The notes beneath the pieces were generated by a model. The model saw only the letters and a list, made by a program, of their open reading frames with translations. It searched no databases and was not told the DNA's origin. Of a DNA stretch of 32,000 nt, positions 26,548 through 32,000 are shown piece by piece. The stretch's first letter is position 1. Every line of letters begins with the position of its first letter. The position numbers and the translations under genes were made by a program. The DNA comes from Fibrobacteria bacterium (GTDB lineage: Bacteria; Fibrobacterota; Fibrobacteria; UBA11236; JADFYW01): positions 103,031 to 135,030 of the forward strand of contig JBNKOC010000012.1 of the NCBI GenBank assembly GCA_050294405.1, given 5' to 3'.

Positions 26548-27711
26548 ATGCTTCGTTTGGCAGTTATAGGGGATTTGCATTACGAACCAAAAGACAGCTT
26601 GTCTTTTGATAGCTATTTCGAGCAAATAAGAAAACAAAAGCCCCATGTTGTGTGTCAATTAGGTGATATTGGGGGGTACAGTTATTCCGGTTCCTTCCAA
26701 TCTTTTGTGGACGGAAAAAGTTTCTTGTCTCGCTTTGAAGTGCCCTATTATACCCTTATGGGAAATCATGATTTAGAAGGGGAAGAATTTAGCACCGACG
26801 AAAAATCCATTGAAGCCTGGTGCCAGGTATTTGATTACCTTTTGCCCTATCAGCAAGTTGAAATGGAAGGCTACTTGTTGGTGTTTTTATCTTCCACAGC
26901 TTATCGAAGCAATCCAAACAGTTGCCATGAAGTATATGTGGACGATATGCAATTTGAATGGCTACAAAATGTTTTGAAAAATAATACGGATAAAAAAATA
27001 TTGGTATTCTCCCACTGTCCCATATTTGCCTCTCAATTAAAAATACTGCAAAATTTGCATTTGAGAGTTCCCAATGCCTATGTTAACCATAGCCAGTCGC
27101 CCGAAAAATTTATCGAGCTGGTTCATCAATATGATAACATTAAGCTTTGGTTTTCCGGGCACAACCATTTGGGCCAAAACTACTCAAACTCCATTTCCAA
27201 GGTAAACCAATGCCATTTTGTGCACACAGCCGTAATGGGCAATATTACTCGGGATGGATTCAAACAAAGCCGCATTGTGGATTTAAATAAAGATAGTATT
27301 GCAATACATAGCCTGGATCATTACTCGGGAAATATGTTGCTGGATTACGAAGTAAATCTGGAGACAGGTAAAGAAAAACGTCATTTAGTCAAATTTGAAA
27401 AAGACAAAGAAAAATTTTACTCCCCCCCTTCATTTGATGGTTCCCACGAAAAAATAAAATTCGGCAAAAGTGTTTTTATCTTTTACCGGGATATGTTAGT
27501 GGAATTCGACGCCAAATGGAAAACGGCTCGCGGAGTCGTTGCGGATAACATGGCCGGAGCTAAATTGGAAGTTTTAGAGAATAGCCTTATTTTAATCACC
27601 AAAGATGGGTTTTCCAAAATCTTAAAGGCGGATAAAAATGGGTTTTACAGCAAGGTATTTTTTAGGAACCCCTATTTGAAGAGCAGCCCAAAAAAGAAAA
27701 CGGCTTCCTGA
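26548..27711 (+). CDS. Calcineurin-like metallophosphoesterase
   Basis: AVIGDLHYE, QLGDIGGY, YTLMGNHDLEG, FSHCPIF, WFSGHNHLGQN. Confidence 0.88.
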   Translation: MLRLAVIGDLHYEPKDSLSFDSYFEQIRKQKPHVVCQLGDIGGYSYSGSFQSFVDGKSFLSRFEVPYYTLMGNHDLEGEEFSTDEKSIEAWCQVFDYLLPYQQVEMEGYLLVFLSSTAYRSNPNSCHEVYVDDMQFEWLQNVLKNNTDKKILVFSHCPIFASQLKILQNLHLRVPNAYVNHSQSPEKFIELVHQYDNIKLWFSGHNHLGQNYSNSISKVNQCHFVHTAVMGNITRDGFKQSRIVDLNKDSIAIHSLDHYSGNMLLDYEVNLETGKEKRHLVKFEKDKEKFYSPPSFDGSHEKIKFGKSVFIFYRDMLVEFDAKWKTARGVVADNMAGAKLEVLENSLILITKDGFSKILKADKNGFYSKVFFRNPYLKSSPKKKTAS

Positions 27712-27717
27712 ATATTC

Positions 27718-28434
27718 TTACTGTTTGTTTATATACTTCAAGCCTTCCCTTTTGGTCAGGGCGGGTAATGTTTGGGATTTGATAAATTGAACAACGGTTT
27801 TTGCATTTGTTTTGGAATATTCCCGCAAAGCCCAGCCCATAGCTTTTTGAATAAAAAACTCTTTAGATTCCCTCTCCTGCAAGATAAAGTTTTTTAAAAT
27901 CTCCCAATCTGTTGTTTGTTTGTATTTTAGCTGGAATAAAATGGCAGAACGGCGAATCCACATGTTATTATCTGTTATCCAATTATTAAGGGACTGTTTT
28001 AGCTCCTGATTTTTTGCTAAGTGCCCCAGAATATAGCTGCTTAAAAAATCCACCGTATCCCACCAGGATTTAGAGCGAATTAATTTTTTGAGCTGGGGTA
28101 AAAAATAGGGCGTTAGTAAAGATTTGTGAGAAATTAATAAATCCACTGCGCATAATTGGAATTCTCTTTCGGGAAGCTTGTAGAAGTCGTTAGACATTTT
28201 GATAAGGCTTTTTTCAGAGGGAAAGGCAATAACAGCAAAATGTTTTTTTAACAATTGTCTTCTTTCGTCGGCGTTTATTCCAAAAAAGGAAAATTTGTTT
28301 TTTAAATAGGCCTCCATTTGCGAGGCCTTGTGTTTGTTGCTGTGCTTTTTAAAATCTGCCTGAAGTCTTTCAAATGCCTTAACATATTGCCCGGCAAAAT
28401 CCAAAGCCATCTTAATTTTCCGCAGATAAGCCAA
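27718..28434 (-). CDS. AlkD-like DNA alkylation repair enzyme (HEAT-like repeats)
   Basis: FFGINADERRQLLKKHF, WWDTVDFLSSYILG, DNNMWIRRSAILFQL, QKAMGWALREYSK. Confidence 0.9.
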   Translation of the reverse strand: MAYLRKIKMALDFAGQYVKAFERLQADFKKHSNKHKASQMEAYLKNKFSFFGINADERRQLLKKHFAVIAFPSEKSLIKMSNDFYKLPEREFQLCAVDLLISHKSLLTPYFLPQLKKLIRSKSWWDTVDFLSSYILGHLAKNQELKQSLNNWITDNNMWIRRSAILFQLKYKQTTDWEILKNFILQERESKEFFIQKAMGWALREYSKTNAKTVVQFIKSQTLPALTKREGLKYINKQ

Positions 28435-29338
28435 GTTTTTTGAGCAGGGCCCTATCTTTGTCGGAGTTTTTTCCCCAGTAGGCGCTATGTAATTGGTGGG
28501 TTTTTACAGCACTGGTTGTAAGGGGTTCCCCCCCTTTAATACTTGGGTAGCTTTCGGTCCATTTGTGAATTTCAAATGGAAAATTAGCTTCAAAATAAAC
28601 AATGAGTTCTCTTTTTAATTCGGGATAGCTCAGAGTATAAGCCACCAGCTCTTTTCCCTCCGCGTTTTTTTCCTGGGATTTAGCTAGGCTTGCCTTTGCT
28701 GTATATGCCTTAAGCGGCTTGTGAACCATGCGGATGTAAGAACTAAAGGGGATTATATTACTTTCACCCAGTGGTAATTTGTTTGGGTTTAAGCGAATAG
28801 TGCTAAACAACCCATCTTCTGTAAAATTGGCGGGGAGGTTAAAATTTTTATCTCCCTCTGATTCAAAATAGGAACGCACTTCCACCTCATAATTCTTTTC
28901 TCTTAAATTAAATTGGTTGAATACATGGCCACACCACTCCGATACGCTGGTGCTGATTTTATAGGGAAGCAATTGTTTGTCCGCATTAACATTGTTAAAG
29001 CTGGAAGTCATAATGGTGTATGGATAAATCCCAGTATAAAATCTCTTATAGGCATTTAATTTTAAAATGGGCTTGGAAGTGGAATCAGGGTAATCCGCTT
29101 TCACTTGTTTTTCGGGGTTGAACTTTTCTGTCACAAATATATGAACGGCACTGCCCTTGTGGTTTTCTCCATAACGAGCTTGACTTAAGTCAAAACGAGT
29201 GATTTCGGCTCCCTTGTGGTACCAGTACTTTTTAAAGTTTTCAGGTTCAGGCAATTTGAAAATTATAGTTTGCTCTTTTCCCAGACAGCTCAAAAGCGAA
29301 AGCTGCATTATCAACAGACATAGAAACTGAAATTTCAT
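28412..29338 (-). CDS. Uncharacterised exported protein (putative lipoprotein)
   Basis: MKFQFLCLLIMQLSLLSCLG signal/lipobox and a 308-aa uninterrupted ORF. No motif I can assign to a function. Confidence 0.7.
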   Translation of the reverse strand: MKFQFLCLLIMQLSLLSCLGKEQTIIFKLPEPENFKKYWYHKGAEITRFDLSQARYGENHKGSAVHIFVTEKFNPEKQVKADYPDSTSKPILKLNAYKRFYTGIYPYTIMTSSFNNVNADKQLLPYKISTSVSEWCGHVFNQFNLREKNYEVEVRSYFESEGDKNFNLPANFTEDGLFSTIRLNPNKLPLGESNIIPFSSYIRMVHKPLKAYTAKASLAKSQEKNAEGKELVAYTLSYPELKRELIVYFEANFPFEIHKWTESYPSIKGGEPLTTSAVKTHQLHSAYWGKNSDKDRALLKKLGLSAEN

Positions 29339-29373
29339 GGTTATGTTCTCCTCTTCGTCTATTGGTCTTTGTT

Positions 29374-29392
29374 AATGTAAAAAAGTTACATT
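29374..29392. promoter_or_regulatory. Perfect inverted repeat AATGTAA-AAAAG-TTACATT upstream of the 28412-29338 gene; candidate operator
   Basis: 7-bp perfect arms with a 5-nt spacer in the divergent intergenic region. Confidence 0.25.
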
Positions 29393-29551
29393 TATGTGGT
29401 AAAAGTATTGAGGTTTGGTTGCCTGAAATTTTGTCAGAAAAATAATCCAAAGAAAAATTGAAAGATACCTCAATCTTGTATATCTTAGTCAAGATAGCGG
29501 GCAGTAGTGGGATTGTAATAAGCCATAAAGATTTGGCTTAATGGAGATTTT

Positions 29552-30553
29552 TTGGGTTCCTGGTTGTTGAATATAGCGAGCTTTGCTGCTTGGGCCGTTT
29601 TATTGGCTGCGCTTTGGCAAAGTTGTGAAGAAAGTAACATCACCCAGCCTTCCATGGATAAATTACCGGCTTCCATTTCCACTTCCGGTGTATTAAAAGA
29701 TGCAGGCTGGACCGATAGCTCATATTCTAAGCTGGGAATTGTAAAACATGGCGATAATTACGACAAAATTTTGCGGAACCACTCTTACCTCCACGCCTTT
29801 CGCCCTTCGCCTGTTACCAAAGATTCCTTAGAAACAGTCCTTTCCCAGGTAATCACTCAGGTGGTTTCCGGGGCGGGAGAATTGCAAATCCCCTCTATTA
29901 AAACCACAGCATATTCCTTTTCCAAAGGAAGGATGGGTGATGTGCTTTGGGAAATGGAAGCGCCTGGAATCAACGGGGAAATTTTTAATGGCTTTTATCG
30001 CGTTGAACGCAAGGAATGTTGTGGCCTCGGAAAGCTTTATGCCCTTTATAATCTTACCAGCGGTCAAAAAATTATCAGCTATTCCAACAGCTATTTAAAA
30101 TTAGAAGCTGTGGATGGAAGCGCAAAAAGGCTTTTGGGCCTTAAATCCGGCGCCAGCAGCTATCTTGAAATTTATGAAGAAGATCCATTATACATAGGGA
30201 CTTTAAGTTACTCCAGTATGGAAGGAGAATTGGAAATAGCTGTTTTGATGGCCAAAGACAGCCTTTCAAAATCCAAATTGGAGAACTCCCTCAGTCTTAA
30301 CTTTTTGGCTCCATTAAGTGCAAACATATCCCAGGATGTTATTTTTGGAGAAAGGAGCTTTAGGGTTCCTCCTCAGCCAGCGGAAGGTTCGAATTACCCC
30401 CTTTGTACAGTTTCCTTAAACCTGGAGCCGGAAGAAAAAAGTCTATCCATCGAAGTTTATTCCGACAGTCTGGGCCTGCAAAACTTAAGGGAAAATGGGT
30501 TGTCCGTGGATATTATTAACCCCATGCTTCCTGTGTCCACAAAAGCGGAATAG
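29552..30553 (+). CDS. Uncharacterised exported protein, possible lipoprotein (TTG start)
   Basis: 333-aa ORF with a hydrophobic N-terminus ending LLAALWQSC. No recognisable domain. Confidence 0.6.
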   Translation: MGSWLLNIASFAAWAVLLAALWQSCEESNITQPSMDKLPASISTSGVLKDAGWTDSSYSKLGIVKHGDNYDKILRNHSYLHAFRPSPVTKDSLETVLSQVITQVVSGAGELQIPSIKTTAYSFSKGRMGDVLWEMEAPGINGEIFNGFYRVERKECCGLGKLYALYNLTSGQKIISYSNSYLKLEAVDGSAKRLLGLKSGASSYLEIYEEDPLYIGTLSYSSMEGELEIAVLMAKDSLSKSKLENSLSLNFLAPLSANISQDVIFGERSFRVPPQPAEGSNYPLCTVSLNLEPEEKSLSIEVYSDSLGLQNLRENGLSVDIINPMLPVSTKAE

Positions 30554-30718
30554 CCTTTAAACCGCAAAAAACCCAATTAATTAAAAATATCCCAATTTTT
30601 AAAAAACGCCTGATACTTCGCAAAAACATGGGGTTTATTTTGTACATCCCTGAATATTGAAATTTATTTGAATATAACTGGACAAGGCAGCCTATTTATA
30701 GGAAAATTTTCCCTAATT

Positions 30719-30874
30719 ATGGGTCATTCAGCAAAATTAGATTGGGTCAAAAAAATGGTGTTGGTCGTGAATGCTTTTTTTCTGGCTTTTATTTTGTACC
30801 AGGTTGTATTGGGATCGGAGCCGCAAGAAACCCCTGACCCCAATCTGCATTCTCAAAGTCTTTTAAATAACTAA
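30719..30874 (+). CDS. Possible small single-TM membrane protein
   Basis: MGHSAKLDWVKKMVLVVNAFFLAFILYQVVLGSEPQETPDPN: one TM helix. The track ORF starts at 30668; ATG 30719 fits better. It is short, so low support. Confidence 0.35.
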   Translation: MGHSAKLDWVKKMVLVVNAFFLAFILYQVVLGSEPQETPDPNLHSQSLLNN

Positions 30875-30899
30875 AAGCCTGTATAAAAACCAACTGGTG

Positions 30900-32000
30900 T
30901 TAGTCCAGTTTTAATCCAACGTATAGATCACCACCGTTGCGAATAACATGGAGCAGGCAAACCTCTCCTTTTACGCTATTTAAAATTTCATATACCTCTT
31001 CTGCGGATTTGACAGCCTGCCTATTGGCTTCAACAATAACATCGCCCTTTTTTAACCCCGAATTGTCGGCTAAAGAATTTGGTTCCACATCCATAACTAA
31101 AGCACCGTTTGCAGAATTTATGTCCAGGCGCTTGGCGCTGTGGTAATCCAAGTCTCTAAGGCTAAGCCCGAAATCATCTTCTGGTTCTTTAGTCGGCTTT
31201 TTTGCTTCCTTTTCATCTTCCCTTTCGCCAATGTTTATGTCAACCTTTTTGATTTTTCCATTGCGAATGATTTCAAAGGGGTAGCTTTGAGAAGGTTTTA
31301 ATAGGGCAACAACATTTCGCAGCTGATTTACATCTTTAATGTCTTTTCCATCCACCTTAATAATAACATCCATATCCTGAAGGCCGGCTTCTTCGGCGGG
31401 GGAATTTTCTATAACACTGGAAATCAAGGCTCCTTTAGTGTTGTCCAGATTTAATGCCGAGGCTATGTTATTATCCAGCGCCTGGAGATACACGCCTAAA
31501 TAACCACGGGTGACAGCACCGTCGTCAAGCAAATCCTGCATAATTTTTTTAGCCATGTTAATGGGAATGGCAAAGCCTATGCCGTGACTTCCTCCGGTGC
31601 GGGAGGCTATTGCCGTATTAATTCCAATCACCTTGCCGTCCAGATTTACCAGGGCGCCACCGCTGTTGCCCGGATTAATGGAAGCATCGGTTTGCAAATA
31701 ATTTTCGTAGGAATTAACGCCAACAGTTCTCCCTTTGGCGCTGATGATTCCCATGGTCACAGTGTTGGAGTATCCGAAAGGGTTTCCAATAGCCAGAACG
31801 GTTTCACCAATATCCATGTTATTAGAGTTGCCCAATTCGGCTACGGGTAAATCGGCAGGAGGGCTTTTTATTTTTATAACAGCAACATCGGATAATTTGT
31901 CTGTGCCAATTATTTTAGCTTCAAATTGCCTGTCATCGGATAGAGTGATCATCAATTCATCGGCTTCCCCAGCTACGTGGTGATTTGTGATGATGTAACC
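30900..32000 (-). CDS. degP: HtrA/DegP-type serine protease, S1C trypsin-like plus two PDZ domains (5' end beyond window)
   Basis: Reverse frame to the window edge reads GYIITNHHVAGEADELMITLSD (catalytic His). Also LSDVAVIKI (Asp), QTDASINPGNSGGALVN (Ser), and two PDZ regions. Confidence 0.93.
   Translation of the reverse strand, partial: GYIITNHHVAGEADELMITLSDDRQFEAKIIGTDKLSDVAVIKIKSPPADLPVAELGNSNNMDIGETVLAIGNPFGYSNTVTMGIISAKGRTVGVNSYENYLQTDASINPGNSGGALVNLDGKVIGINTAIASRTGGSHGIGFAIPINMAKKIMQDLLDDGAVTRGYLGVYLQALDNNIASALNLDNTKGALISSVIENSPAEEAGLQDMDVIIKVDGKDIKDVNQLRNVVALLKPSQSYPFEIIRNGKIKKVDINIGEREDEKEAKKPTKEPEDDFGLSLRDLDYHSAKRLDINSANGALVMDVEPNSLADNSGLKKGDVIVEANRQAVKSAEEVYEILNSVKGEVCLLHVIRNGGDLYVGLKLD

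Noticed and set aside
30892-30910. AACTGG-N7-CCAGTT inverted repeat as a terminator between the small ORF and the protease gene
   Set aside because: Only a 6-bp stem, no convincing T-run, and it overlaps the protease stop codon. Too weak to list as a feature.

Overview
Chromosomal window of about 32 kb with mostly housekeeping and metabolic genes. No rRNA, tRNA, CRISPR array or obvious mobile element was recognised. From left to right: (a) a nitrite-assimilation locus: end of a NarK-type transporter, nirD, nirB, and a divergent PP2C-phosphatase/Ser-Thr-kinase gene; (b) thioesterase, MATE efflux protein and ilvN/ilvB; (c) radC, a lipoprotein with many MORN/YwqK-like repeats and a DUF255 (YyaL-like) protein; (d) the main point of interest, a tight minus-strand cluster at about 14.9-19.9 kb; (e) DASS transporter, pterin-4a-carbinolamine dehydratase, DoxX, CorA/ZntB-like, methionine aminopeptidase, DgkA-like kinase, PAP2, RRM protein, voltage-gated-type K+ channel, metallophosphoesterase, AlkD-like protein, two uncharacterised exported proteins and an HtrA/DegP protease cut by the window edge. 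Cluster (d) encodes a single polypeptide that looks like a natural fusion of the C-terminal part of FliF (RBM3 plus TM) to FliG (middle and C domains). It is followed by an exported FlgO/CsgG-like protein with a possible beta-barrel C-terminus, a TPR lipoprotein, and true flagellar-type MotA and MotB stators. No flagellar export, rod, hook or filament genes are present in the window. This looks like a minimal envelope-spanning rotor-stator machine without a flagellum and is the best candidate for an undescribed system. All homology calls were made by eye from motifs; no database search was run.
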